From Octopus sinensis (lineage: Eukaryota), in contig NC_043004.1 of NCBI RefSeq assembly GCF_006345805.1, positions 96,038,001-96,102,000 on the forward strand: DNA of 64,000 bases, written 5' to 3'. Below are positions 50,663-62,510 of this stretch, piece by piece (the stretch's first letter is position 1; each line of letters starts with the position of its first letter). A model generated the notes under the pieces. That model made no database searches, was not told the DNA's origin, and saw only the letters and a program-made list of their open reading frames with translations. Position numbers and translations under genes: made by a program.

Positions 50663-50827
50663 GGCGCAGGAGTGGCTGTGTGGTAAGTAGCTTGCTTACC
50701 AACCACATGGTTCTGGGTTCAGTCCCACTGTGTGGTACCTTGGGCAAGTGTCTTCTACTGTAGTCTTGGGCCAACCAAAGCTTTGTGAGTGGATTTGGTG
50801 GACAGAAACTGAAAGAAGCCCGTCATA

Positions 50828-50886
<59 letters not shown>

Positions 50887-51114
50887 TGTGTGTGTGTGTG
50901 TATGTTTGTGTGTCTGTGTTTGTCCCCCTAGCATTGCTTGACAACCGATGCTGGTGTGTTTACGTCCCTGTAACCTAGCAGTTCAGCAAAAGAGATGATA
51001 GAATAAGTACTAGGCTTCCAAAGTATAAGTCCTGGGTTCGATTTGCTCCACTAAAGGCGGTGCACCAGTATGGCCACAGTCAAATGACTGAAACAAGTAA
51101 AAGAGTAAAAGAGT
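50663..51114 (+). mobile_element. Family A composite SINE
   Basis: Head, microsatellite, tail with (AAAAGAGT)n end. Confidence 0.85.
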
Positions 51115-51149
51115 ATGATATAAATGCAAAATACTCTAGTTCTCTCTTA

Positions 51150-51420
51150 CCTTTTCTTTTACTTGTTTCAGTCATGGGACTGTGGCCATGCTGGGGCACT
51201 GACCAATTGACTAGTTGACCTGCCAGTACTTATTTATTTTTTAAGTTTTGATATTTATGATGTTGGTCTCTTTTACCAAACCACTAAGTTACAGGGATAT
51301 AAACAAATCAGCAGCAGTTGTCAAGTGGTGGTGGTGGTGGTGGTGGTGGGGACAAACACAAGAACAAAGTCACATATACATAGATACACACACATAAATA
51401 TACATATATATATATATATG
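51150..51420 (-). mobile_element. Family A SINE tail half, diverged
   Basis: ACTTGTTTCAGTCAT...GCCATGCTGG...GGGACAAACACA. Confidence 0.75.
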
Positions 51421-51429
51421 TGTGTGTGT

Positions 51430-51704
51430 GGAGGCGCAATGGCCCAGTGGTTAGGGCAGCGGACTCGCAGTCGCAGGATCGCAGTTTCGATTCCCAGACT
51501 GGGCGTTGTGTGTTTTTATCAAGCAAAAACACCTAAAAGTTCCACAAAGCTCTGGCAGGGGGTGGTGGCAACCCCTGTTGTACTCTTTCACCCCAACTTT
51601 CTCTCACTCTTTCTTCCTGCTTCTTGAGTAACGCTGCAAAGGACTGGCGTCCTGTCCAGCTAGGGAAACACATACGCCATAGAAACTGGGAAACCGGGCC
51701 CATA
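51430..51704 (+). mobile_element. Family D SINE, second tail variant
   Basis: Same head and body as 32474, then GGACTGGCGTCCTGTCCAG...GAAACCGGGCCC. Confidence 0.8.
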
Positions 51705-51902
51705 AATAAATACATATAAACATATATGTGTGCATCTCTGTGTGTGTGTGCGAATGGCTTAGTTTAGTTTCCATCTATGAAATCCACTCAGAAGGCTTTG
51801 GTTGTTCCAGGGCTATAATAGAAGGGGTTTACGCAAGGAGCCATGCTGTGAGACAAACATTGGAATCATGTGGCTGGGAAGCAAATTTTTTGCTACACTG
51901 CC

Positions 51903-52331
51903 TACTTGTTTCAGCCATTAGACTGCGGCCATGCTGGAGCAGCACCTTGAAAAATTCTTAATCAAATGAATTGATCCCAGTACTTTATTTTTCTAAGCCT
52001 GGTATTTATTCTATCGGTCTCTTTTGCTGAACTGCTAAGTCAGGGGAATATAAGCACACCAACACTGGTTGTCGAGCGGTGGTGGGTGACAAACAAAGCA
52101 GCAAAGATACACACACACACATACACATACACACATGCACACACACATACACACACTCATGCATGCACACATATACAATTGGCTTCTTTCAGTTTCCTTT
52201 TACAAAATCCACTCAGAAGGCTTTGGTTGGCCCAAGATTATAATAGAAGACATGCCTATGGTGCCATACAATGGGGCTGAACACAGGACCATGTGGTTGT
52301 GAAAGAAGCTTCTTACCACACAGCCACACCT
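51903..52331 (-). mobile_element. Family A composite SINE, diverged
   Basis: Head, (CA)n and tail; a further head fragment lies at 51750-51900. Confidence 0.75.
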
Positions 52332-52349
52332 GAGTCTATGTTTATAAAT

Positions 52350-52654
52350 CACATGATCACGTGACCGACCAGACCATCAGATGTTGCTACACATCGCTGG
52401 TCACAATGCGTTCACATTGTTTTAGCCTTCGAATGACGCCACCCCGCTGGCTAAGCGAGCAGGCCAACAGAAGAAAGAGTGAAAGAAAGAGTGGTGAAAG
52501 AGTACAGCAGGGATTACCACCCCCTGCCGGAGCCTCATGGAGCTTTTAGGTGTTTTCGCTCAATAAACACACACAACGCCCGGTCTGGGAATCGAAACCG
52601 CGATCCTACGACCGCGAGTCCGCTGCCCTAACCACTGGGCCATTGCGCCTCCAC
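52350..52654 (-). mobile_element. Family D SINE, third tail variant, with 12-bp TSD
   Basis: ATGTTTATAAAT at 52338-52349 and 52655-52666. Confidence 0.85.
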
Positions 52655-53084
52655 ATGTTTATAAATATCAACTAAAAAAAAAAGGTCCTATGAAACCAAT
52701 GTCATTGATTCAATATATTAAGCCTAAATGCAACAAAACTGTTAGGCTTGAAGGAAACCTTTTCCGTGTTTATGAGCTGACATAACACAATAATAAATTG
52801 TGATTATTTAGTTGATTTATGCAAAAAGAATATTAATGATGGTGAAAATGAGTTCTAAATTAAAAATGCACCATACAAAGTATTTAGAAGCGATAAAAAA
52901 AATGTAATCAGTGTTCATTTTGAGAATGACTTAATTAGTGACATGGAAGATTGAAATTGTTTCGTTTATTACTGAATGAGTGAAATGATATCACTGTTGT
53001 GAAAATGTTTGGGATGGCTTTAATATATATTTTAGCAAAAAACATGTAATACAAATATCTTTACTTTGTCCACCAAAGTTACAT

Positions 53085-53440
53085 CATCATCATCATCGTC
53101 GTCATCGTTGTCGTCGTCGTTGTCATCATCATCATTATCATCATCATCGTCATCATCATTTAATGTCCACTCTCCATGCTTTCCTTGCTGGGATAGGTTG
53201 GACAGTTTCACATGGAGCTGTCCAGCTGGGAGCTGTCCAGCTGGGAGCTGTCTATGTTTCAATAGTCTGTTGTGGTATAGTTTCTACATTTGGATGCCCT
53301 TCCTAATGCCAACCACTAAACAGAGTGTCCCAGGTGCTTTTTACTTGCCACCAGTGTGGGTGCTTTTATGCAGTACTGGTATGGGTGTATTTACACAGAA
53401 TTGGTATGGGTGCATTTTATGTGGTACTGGCATCTGTAAA
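53085..53440 (-). mobile_element. Diverged family B relative with long (CAT/CGT)n tail
   Basis: GGATGCCCTTCCTAATGCCAACCAC and short GGGTGCTTTTAT units. Confidence 0.6.
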
Positions 53441-53642
53441 GGACAAGCCTGTATGTGTGGAAAACAGCGATTTTACTTAGCTTCACACATCTTACCAAAT
53501 ACAGCAAATCACAAAATGTAATTTTGACAGCATTGAGAATGCTTAGAAATCTGAATTAATATGAAAAAAATAAACATAAAGAATCTTAGAGTTCTTAATA
53601 CTAATAATGTAGTGTTATGGGTGGAACTAACAATTGTATACA

Positions 53643-53950
53643 TTACTCTTTTACTCTTTTACTTGTTTCAATCATTTGACTGCAGCCATGCTGGAGCACT
53701 GCCTTTAGTGAAGCAAATCAACCCCAGGACTTATTCTTTGTAAGCCTAGTACTAATTCTATCGGTCACTTTTGTCGAATCCCTAAGTTACGGGTATGTGA
53801 ACATACCAACATCGCTTCCCAAGCAATGGTGGTGGGGGACAAACACAGACACGCAAACACACACACACACACACATATATATATATGACATGCTTCTGTT
53901 GGTCTCTTTTGCTGAACCGCTAAGTTATGGGAATGTAAGCACACCACTAA
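53643..53950 (-). mobile_element. Family A tail half, with a partially duplicated tail segment
   Basis: TACTCTTTTACTCTTTTACTTGTTTC...; GGTCTCTTTTGCTGAACCGCTAAGTTA repeated at ~53900. Confidence 0.75.
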
Positions 53951-54329
53951 GCATTTTACCCAGTGGGCTAATGATTCTGCCAGCTTTCCACCTTAGACTT
54001 CCTTGTAATACTGAAGAATATTTAGGCCCTGGGCTCTATTTAGGTTGCAGATTTGAAAGTAAAACAATGGACAAGTGAGTATAAGAAAGTAAACAATTTA
54101 TTTTATACTTATTCAAACAACCCAAATAAAGATTACCAGAAAGTGTGGAAATTCTAAGAAATGTATACTTTTGTCTACTTTTCTCTGTTAGAAATGTTCT
54201 TTAACCAGTCAAAGAATAAAGCTCAGTTTTGAAACTGATGGAATATTTGAGGACATCAAAAGAATCCATATCTATTGCTGAATATCAATTTCAAATAATC
54301 CATTTGTTGCACTAGACCAATAAAACTAA

Positions 54330-54620
54330 TACTAACCTTTTTTTTTTTTTTTTAGAGAGAAGTTTATCAATATAATGATGCGTCTGAATACAGTTTCTTT
54401 ATAGACCTTACAGACTGTTCTATTTCAACTTTTATACTTCCTCACTCCAATGCAGAAGTTGAAAGAATGTTTAGTTGTATAAATAATACAAACTTGAAAT
54501 AAAGATATAAAATAGAACTGGAGCTTCTCAATGCTATTTTATGTATAAAGTTTGCTTTATAAGTCTCAATAAAAGTTGCTGGAGTTATGAACTCAGGCAA
54601 AACTTTACAGTCGTAGAGGA
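54330..54620 (+). pseudogene. hAT transposase C-terminal (dimerisation domain) remnant
   Basis: EVYQYNDASEYSFFIDLTD...ILPHSNAEVERMFS...LELLNAILCIK. Confidence 0.8.
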
Positions 54621-55039
54621 ATAAAGTCAGCTTAGAGTAATACAGATTCAGATATAGACCTAGGAACCCCCAAATATTTGTGAGTTAATCTGTTGTGGTT
54701 ATTGATGAAGAATGATGTTCAGCAATGCAGTAAGTTAAAAATGATATGGTAACCCATTTTTTAAAAATTAAAAATAACATTATTTTCTTTTAAAAAAGAA
54801 CTTATATTTTATTCTTTAAAAAAACTGTGATGTCATAGCTATTATTTTCAGTAGACTGGGTATGTTTTTGGTTTCATTTATCTATTTAGTGTGTTTCAAT
54901 TAACCAAGAGCAAAAGGAACTACAAGGAAAGGCAAAAACCAAACAAGAAAAAAACATCAAGAAAAATGGCACATTTCTTCAACTAGACACACCAAAGAAA
55001 CACATTGTTTAGCAAACCTTTTAACATTGTCTAACAAAA

Positions 55040-55447
55040 GTGGCAAGTTGGCAGAAACGTTAGCATGCCAGGCGAAATGCGAAGCCATATTTCGTCTGCC
55101 ATTATGTTCTGAGTTCAAATTCCACAGAGGTGGACTTTACTTTTCATCTTTTTGGGGTCGATAAATTAAGTACTAGTTACGCACTGAGGTCGATATAATC
55201 GACTTAATCCATTTGTTTCTCCTTGTTTGTCTCCTCTATGTTTAGCCCCTTGTGGGTAGTAAAGAAATAGGTATTTTGTCTGCCATTATGTTCTGTGTTC
55301 AAATTCTGCCGAGGTCGACTTTGCCTTTCATCCTTTCAGGGTCAATAAATTAAATATCAGTTACGCACTGGGGTCGATGTAATCAACTTAATCCCTTTGT
55401 CCGTCCCTGTTTGTCCCCTTTATGTTTATTGCCATAAAGAAATAAGA
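55040..55447 (+). mobile_element. Family C SINE dimer
   Basis: Full unit to ~55270, then AGGTATTTTGTCTGCC restarts an internal position; flanked by ACATTGT(C/T)TAACAAA direct repeats. Confidence 0.8.
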
Positions 55448-55927
55448 AACACATTGTTTAACAAACATGTCTTCAACATAACGACAAAAAATTCCATACC
55501 AGAAACAAGATCCCCAATGCTCAACTGATACTTGTTTTATCGATTCTGAAAAGGATGAAGGGTAAAGTTGACCTCTGCAGATTTTGAACTCAATGTAAAG
55601 ATAGATGAAATGCTGCTAAACATTTTGTCCACCATGCTAACGATTCTGCCACCTTACTGCCTTTGATGAATTTAACAGTAATTACTGACATAGGCGGTGC
55701 CCCAGCATGGCCACAGCTTGTGAGCTGAAACTAGATAAAATAAAAAAAAAAGTAGGTACAAGACCACACAGATTTAAAAGAAGTGTGTTGGTAATTAAAT
55801 TAACTCTAATATTTGACTGGAACTGATTCTAATTTACTAGATAGAGTCTTAGATAAAAATGGTGAAGAAGTTTGCTTTGTAATTATAGGGGCTTAGATTT
55901 GATACCCTTACATAACATTTTGTACAA

Positions 55928-56400
55928 ATCATCATCATCATCATCGTTTAATGTCCATTTTCCATGCTAGCATGTGTTGGATGGTTCGACCGGGTTCTGG
56001 GAAGCTGGGAGGCTGCACCAGACTCCAGTCTGATCTGGCAGTGTTTCTACAGCTGGATGCCCTTCCTAACACCAACCACTCCGTGAGTGTAGTGGGTGCT
56101 TTTTACATGCCACTGGCACAGATGCCAGGGGAAGCTGGCAATGGCCATGATCGGTTGGTGCTTTTTACATGCCACCGGCACAGAAGCCAGTCAAGGCAGC
56201 GCTGGCATTGGCCATGTTCGGATGATGGTTTTTATGTGCCACCGGCACGGGTATCACCACTACAATTTCCATTGGATTTTTATTTTGATGTTGATGTAGT
56301 TGACTCAGTAGGTCTCCTCAAGCACTTCAGGTTGCCTTACGATCCAAGGTAAGCACAGCAGGCCATTCTGCAATCCAAGATACTTTGGATATGGCTGGAG
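55928..56400 (-). mobile_element. Family B: RTE-LINE 3' fragment extending towards ORF2
   Basis: B motifs, three tandem units and upstream GTGCTTGAGGAGACC (VLEET-like). Confidence 0.75.
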
Positions 56401-56921
56401 CTGCTATGTGAAGCTGGTTCAGGAAACAGACATGAACTCACGTTATGTTTTTTACAATAGCCTCAGGTTGAATCAAGACTAGTGAGTTGGATTGGGTAGA
56501 TAGAAACTGCGTAGAAGACCATCAAATAGCTTGTGTCTGCAATTCAAAGAAGCAGCCTTGTCACTTATTGTCACTTTGATTCAGACTGAGAATTTACACT
56601 ATGGACGTACAAATGACCATGGATTACTCTGCGCTTCACTCAATGAGAAGTCCTTTCAGTTGATTGAATAACTGAATGCACATTGCTGAAATTGGTGGCG
56701 AAACCATTATCATTATTGATCACAAGAATGGTGAAATTTACTTATATCAACTTTTAGCAATCATTCTGCCAGGCACTTAGTCCCTGCTTTTGTCAATGCA
56801 TAGTATCACAAATTAAGAGCTATGCATGAAATAAACTCTTCGCACATTTTATCCAGCAGAGATGAAAGAGTCATTGTTTTCTCTCATTCCTCATCATATT
56901 AACTTAAAAATTTGTTTGATG

Positions 56922-56952
<31 letters not shown>

Positions 56953-57574
56953 GAGCAGCAGTAGCACCACCACCACCACCACCATCATCATGACCATGAT
57001 CATCATCATCATCATTAGTATTGGACAGAAATTGTGTTCTAGTGGTGAGTGGATGCTCTTTAACCATAACGCTACATTTAGATAATTGACTCGTCATGGT
57101 TTTATTAATAAAACCTTTGATTGTGCTCTGGAAAATGTTGGTTTGTTTACATATAGTTTTATTATGTCGTTTCCCTTGTTCTCTCAATCAACATTGTTAA
57201 CATTATAGATATTATCACTGATGAAGTCATCAATAATTTTAAATGTATATTTTCTCTTTGCATTTCCAATATCTTTGGTTACACCAATTTTACGTTATTT
57301 CCAAATCCTTGTTTGTTCTTGTTATTTAGACCAACATTAGCCTTGATTAAGTTGACTTTACAAACTATGAGGAAAGAAGTTCCAGTCACAGACCTTATTT
57401 CCTTTTTTTTTTTTTATTTTTTTCCTTCCCAGAAAGTGTAGGACTAATTTATTTAATGTGCTTTTCTATTTCTAAAAGTGGCTGTGTCTGATTTGTCTGG
57501 TACAAGAAACTGTTTACAGTTTCATTTGTAGATGTTAGAGATGGTCATTTACAATCTAATAATAATAATAATAA

Positions 57575-58000
57575 TAATAATAATCATAATCATCATCATC
57601 ATGATGTAGCATCCATTTTCCATGCTGGCATAGGTTAGATGGTTTGGTTGGAAGTGGTAAACTGGAGAACTGTACCAGGTTCCAGTCTGATTTTGGCTTG
57701 GTTTCTACAGCTGGATGCCCTTCCTAGTGCCAACCACTCTAAGAGTGTAGTAGGTACCTTTTAAGTGTGTAACCAGCATGGGTACCTTTTAAGTGTCACT
57801 TGCACTAGCCATGACTATGATTTCACTTGGTCTGATGTGTCTTCTGAAACAAATTGCCAAAGGTATTGATCACTTGTCGTTGCCTCTGTGAGACCCGAAA
57901 CCCAAAGATCATGTTTCTCTTGATCATATTTCTCTTCTTAATTCTTCCACTTCCACAGGTTCTTTCCACAGTTAGAGATTGGCACTTTTTTAATATTATT
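57575..58000 (-). mobile_element. Diverged RTE LINE 3' end: ORF2 C-terminus contiguous with the family B 3' UTR
   Basis: Minus strand KKCQSLTVERTCGSGR...KHDLWVSGLTEATTSDQYLWQ, then ACACTTAAAAGGTACC units, GAGTGGTTGGCACTAGGAAGGGCATCC and a (GAT)n tail. Confidence 0.7.
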
Positions 58001-58029
58001 TTTAACATTCTGAACTTCTTTCTGAACTT

Positions 58030-58440
58030 ATAGGTGTTGGTGTAGGAAGTAGTTTGCTTTCCAGCCACACAGTTTCAGGTTCGGTCCCACTGTGTGGCAC
58101 CTGGGGCAAACGTCTTCTGTACAGCCTTGAACTGATGAAAGATTTGTGAGTGGATTTGATAGACAGGAACTGAAAGAAGCCCATTGTGCGTTTGTGTGTG
58201 TTTGTGTGTTTGTGTGTGTTTGTGTGTGTGTGTGTGTCTCTGCACTTGTCCTTCACCACAGCTCCCTAACTGGTGTTGGTGTGTTTACATCCCCCATAAC
58301 TTAGTGGTTTGGCGAAAGAGAATGATAGAATAAGTACCAGGCTTGAAAAAATAAGTACTGAGATAAATTCATCTAAGTAAAATTCTTCAAAGCAGTGCCC
58401 CAGCATGGCCACAGCCTAACAATTGAAACAAGTAAAAGAT
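58030..58440 (+). mobile_element. Family A composite SINE, diverged
   Basis: Head, (TG)n and tail. Confidence 0.75.
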
Positions 58441-58775
58441 GTTACAACAGAAGTTATTCTTCGAGGTATGTTTCCTTTTTATTTTAAGATATCATTATTA
58501 TTATTATTATTATTATTATTTTGGTTTGGCTCAGGTTCAAATTGCTACCTCATATGAGTGACAATGAAAAAAACAAAGGATTGTGAATAACGGTGGTAAT
58601 GAAACTGAAGCCAATGATGGTGACAGTGTTGCATCCGGCAGGCTCAGAGATTCTAGTCCAGCTCCAGCCTGTTGATATCCAGAACGGGACCACCGCACAT
58701 GGCATAGATGGAGCAGCCAAATTAATAATGTGATTATAATAATAATTATAACAACAACAACAACAATGATCATTA

Positions 58776-58807
<32 letters not shown>

Positions 58808-59361
58808 GAGTGAGAGAGCAGTTCATGCCATCAAAGTGACACTGGGGTAAAATATACGAAGCCCAGTATACCCATCATGACTACCCGTCTGATAAGGGTA
58901 CACTAGGCACATGCATCACAACCATATGTGCGCGACATAGTGATTTCATATCAAGATAAACAGCACATGACCTTGCAGGTGGGGCCCAGTTAGAATTTTC
59001 TTCAGGTTGAGTAACCCATCCCGCTCAAACGGTCCCTGAATAAGGGTTGTTTAAGGATGTTGAAAGAACCACCCATGTTTCCAGAGGTGAACTATTCAAA
59101 CCCGAAAGAATCCCTCTCAACACATGGCTATGATGCTCCCCCACTACTTCTGCTCGTGATCAGAGATGCACATATCGTCAGCCACTAAGGGACATACTCA
59201 ACTGGTTAAGGTCAAACAACTGACAAGCAAATCTGTGGTATTGAGCAGAATATTTGCTGTAGCCCATCTTTTATACCAAGACAAAACAATGTACATGATA
59301 ACACTTCCAATCAGTTAAGATCAGAAGCCATGAGAGCCACTGCCTGGTACTGCATCAGGGC
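58808..59361 (-). mobile_element. ~550-bp non-coding element embedded in (TTA)n on both sides
   Basis: Sharp boundaries against (TTA)n arrays, higher GC, no ORF; strand inferred from the (AAT)n tail polarity. Confidence 0.55.
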
Positions 59362-59424
59362 ATTATTATTATTATTATTATAATTATAATTATTATTATT
59401 ATCATTATCATTATTATTATTATT

Positions 59425-59740
59425 CAGTAGTTTTATTTTTATAGCGTGCTTTCACTTCACTACAGAGCGCAGCTCTGTGTGCCTTGGGTATGTGCTGTGA
59501 TTTGTTGTGATGCTCTGATGGTTACTGTATTGAAAGTGTTCTGCGAAGGATGTGTGCAGTGCCCAGTAGTGCAATTTTCTGTATGTTATATGTGTTTGTA
59601 AGTCCTGGTGTTTTTGTTATGTATTTGTCTGAATATTTTTTTATCATGTCTAATGCACTTACTATGATAGGAATTGTTTCTGTTTTTAGATTCCACATTC
59701 TAGTTACCTCTATTTCCAGGTTTTTGTATTTTGAAAGTTT
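59425..59740 (-). mobile_element. R4/Dong-like (restriction-like endonuclease) non-LTR retrotransposon 3' end in a (TAA)n array
   Basis: KLSKYKNLEIEVTRMWNLKTETIPIIVSAL...IQKIALLGTAHILRRTL*, ~100-nt 3' UTR, (AAT)n on both sides. Confidence 0.85.
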
Positions 59741-59811
59741 ATTATTATTATTATTATAATTATAATTACCATTATTATTATTATTATTATTACTATTATT
59801 ATTATTATTAA

Positions 59812-60221
59812 GGTGGTAAGCTGTCAGAATTGTTAGCATGCTGGACAAAATGATTAGATTCATCCGTCTATATGTTCTGAGTTAAAATTCTGCTGAGGTC
59901 GACTTTGCCTTTCATCCTTTCAGGGTCGATAAATTAAGTACCAGTTGAGTACTGGGGTCGATGTGATCGACTATCATCCTTCCCAAATTTCAGGCCTTGT
60001 GCTAATACAAGAAAGGATTATTATTATTATTGTTAAGGCAGCAAGCTAGCAGAAGGACACTGGACAAAATGCCTAGCAGCATTTCTTCCAGCATTAGATT
60101 CTGAATTCAAATTTTGCCAAGGTGAACTTTACCTTTTATTCTTTCAGGGTCATTAAAATAGATACCAGTTAAGCTCTGGGGTTGATGGAATTGAGTAGCC
60201 ATTTCCCTCAAAATTTCAGAC
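59812..60221 (+). mobile_element. Two adjacent family C SINEs (alternative tail), diverged
   Basis: Heads at ~59812 and ~60036; GGTCGACTTTGCCTTTCATCC; tail CCCAAATTTCAGGCCTTGTG. Confidence 0.75.
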
Positions 60222-60653
60222 ATGAACATCGAAATAAATATCAATGGAAATAGTAGTTATGATACCTGTGCCGGTGGCACATAAAAAGCACCATCTGAAC
60301 GTGGCCAATGCCAGCGCCGCCTTGACTGGCTTCTGTGCCGGTGGCACGTAAAAAGCACCATCTGAACGTGGCCGATGCCAGCGTCGCCTTGACTGGCTTC
60401 CGTGCCGGTGGCACGTTAAAAGCACCAACCGATCGTGGCCGCTGCCAGTCTCCCCTGGCACCTGTGCCAGTGGCACGTAAAAAGCACCCACTACACTCAC
60501 GGAGTGGTTGGCATTAGGAAGGGAATCCAGCTGTAGAAACACTGCTAGATCAGACTGGAGCCTGGTGCAGCCTCCTGGCTTCCCAGACCCTGGTCGAACC
60601 GTCCAATCCGTGCTAGCACGGAAAACGGACGTTTAACGATGATGATGATGATG
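60222..60653 (+). mobile_element. Family B: RTE-LINE 3' UTR with four palindromic units
   Basis: GTGCC(G/A)GTGGCAC at 60268, 60335, 60402 and 60464 (periods 67, 67, 62). Confidence 0.85.
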
Positions 60654-60879
60654 TACCTACAGTAGAAAAAGCATTATTATTGCTGTTGTTGTTGTTGTTG
60701 TTATCATCATCGTGATTTGTGTTTCCTTACATGATTCTTTACACAGTTTAACTACTGACATGGGAATATCAACTACTTTTTAATATGTCCATATGAGGCT
60801 GTACATCATCAGATAGAAATATGTTAAGAAGCAACAGATATTACTATGACCAATACAGCAATAACAATTTTTTTCAAGA

Positions 60880-61745
60880 TTGATATGTCTTCCATATGGA
60901 ATTAAAAGAGTCAATGCTATTTTTCAAAGAGAAACTGTACAGTTTGTTGGAAATAACATAGGAAATATTATTGTTTATCAAGATGATGCATGTATTGGTG
61001 ATAAAACTGTTGAAAACTTACATTTCAAAGCAGATAAAAATCAGAAAAAAGTTTTCTGTTATCAGGCATGATGATCAATTGAGCTAAATTTCTGTTAGAC
61101 ACTGATGAATTATCTTTTTTGGAAAATAGGCTGACAAAAGTAGATATTTCATGAAGTTACTATGTGGCTGTGAGAATTATGAATCTAAAACTACCAAAGG
61201 ACAAGAAGCAATTAGAATCTTTTCTTGAACTTGTTAAATTCTATGAAAGATTTATTGATCATTATTCAGCCCACTTATCACTGTTTGAATCACTTCCTAA
61301 ATGTAGTATCCCATTTTTGTGGGGAAATTTGACAACAAAACGCATTTGAGCATATAAAAGAGATGTCAAAGCCTGTGTTCTAGATTTATGACACCACAAA
61401 TGAAGTTATCTTAACAACTGATGTTACAGAAAAGAGCTATAATAGAAATACTTTCACTAGATGGCCATCTTGTATAATATTTATCAAGAGCATCAACTGA
61501 AGTTGAAAGATGAGACTTAAGCATTGATAGAGAAACCTTAGTAACTGTATGATATACACAAAGAACATGCATATTTTCTGCTTGACTGAAAATTTAAATT
61601 AATCTCAGATCACTGACCATTAGAATTAGTTTTTACAATAATTGTGGCTTAACAAAAGTAACGCTTACCTCTATTTTAAGCTGGGCCTTACAGATGACAG
61701 CCTTTGATTATAAAACATAATTAGGTAAAGGGATCATATATACCA
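60880..61745 (+). pseudogene. Heavily decayed Gypsy pol (RT and RNase H) remnant
   Basis: LPYGIK..NAIFQR...IIVYQDD (YxDD), PKDKKQLESFLELVKFYERFI, LTTDV, SIDRETL, WALQMTAFDY; many stops and frameshifts. Confidence 0.8.
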
Positions 61746-61842
61746 CATGGTGATGCATTGTTAGAGTAAAAGAGTAACAAATACATTTAAACAGTAACTC
61801 GCTTTTGGACAATGTGATTATCATTATTATGCTAATATCATT

Positions 61843-62072
61843 AGGGCAGCGACCAGGCAGAATTATTAACATGCCGAGCAAAATGCTTAGTGGTATTTCG
61901 TCCACTGATATGTTCTGAGTTCAAATTCCACCGAGGTCGACTTTGCCTTTCATCCTTTCGGGGTCGATTAAATAAGTACCAGTTAAGCACTGGGGTTGAT
62001 GTAATCGACTTAATCTCTCTTTGTCCTTGTATGTCCCCTCTCTGTTTAGCCCCCTGTGGATAATAACGAAAT
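61843..62072 (+). mobile_element. Family C SINE
   Basis: Head, central domain and tail. Confidence 0.8.
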
Positions 62073-62510
62073 AAATATCATTACATACATTTTTTTTTCT
62101 TTTGCATTTTTGCATGCATGCCATTAGGATGATTTTGATAAACCACTTTGGAAATCCAGTTGGACAAAACATCAATGAAAGAATAGCTCATGTGTGATTG
62201 CATCTATATTTGGATAAACAGAGAACAATCATCACAGCTTGTTTTGCAAACTTAATGGTCTTTGGTTATCAATGCATGCAGACGTCAACGGTATAATAAA
62301 ACACATGCTTCTAAAACTAAAGGTTTCCATCCTCCTGAGGCCAGTGAACTTTAATCATGGTGACAGATGCATACCAAATAGATTGGCACCATTTATGACT
62401 TTAGATGACACCATATGGTTGAATGTGAAATACACCTGGATTTCTTAGCTTTGCATTCTGAAAAAATGAAATCTAGAAAATATAAAATTATTTAAGAGAA
62501 GATTGGTTAA

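Noticed and set aside
54193-54235. Acceptor plus EMFFNQSKNKAQF* as another terminal exon
   Set aside because: Lies immediately upstream of, and probably within, the hAT transposase relic.
60268-60490. CRISPR array (25-nt palindromic repeat, ~40-nt spacers)
   Set aside because: Spacers are homologous to each other, the array sits in a eukaryotic LINE 3' UTR present in many copies, and no cas genes are present.
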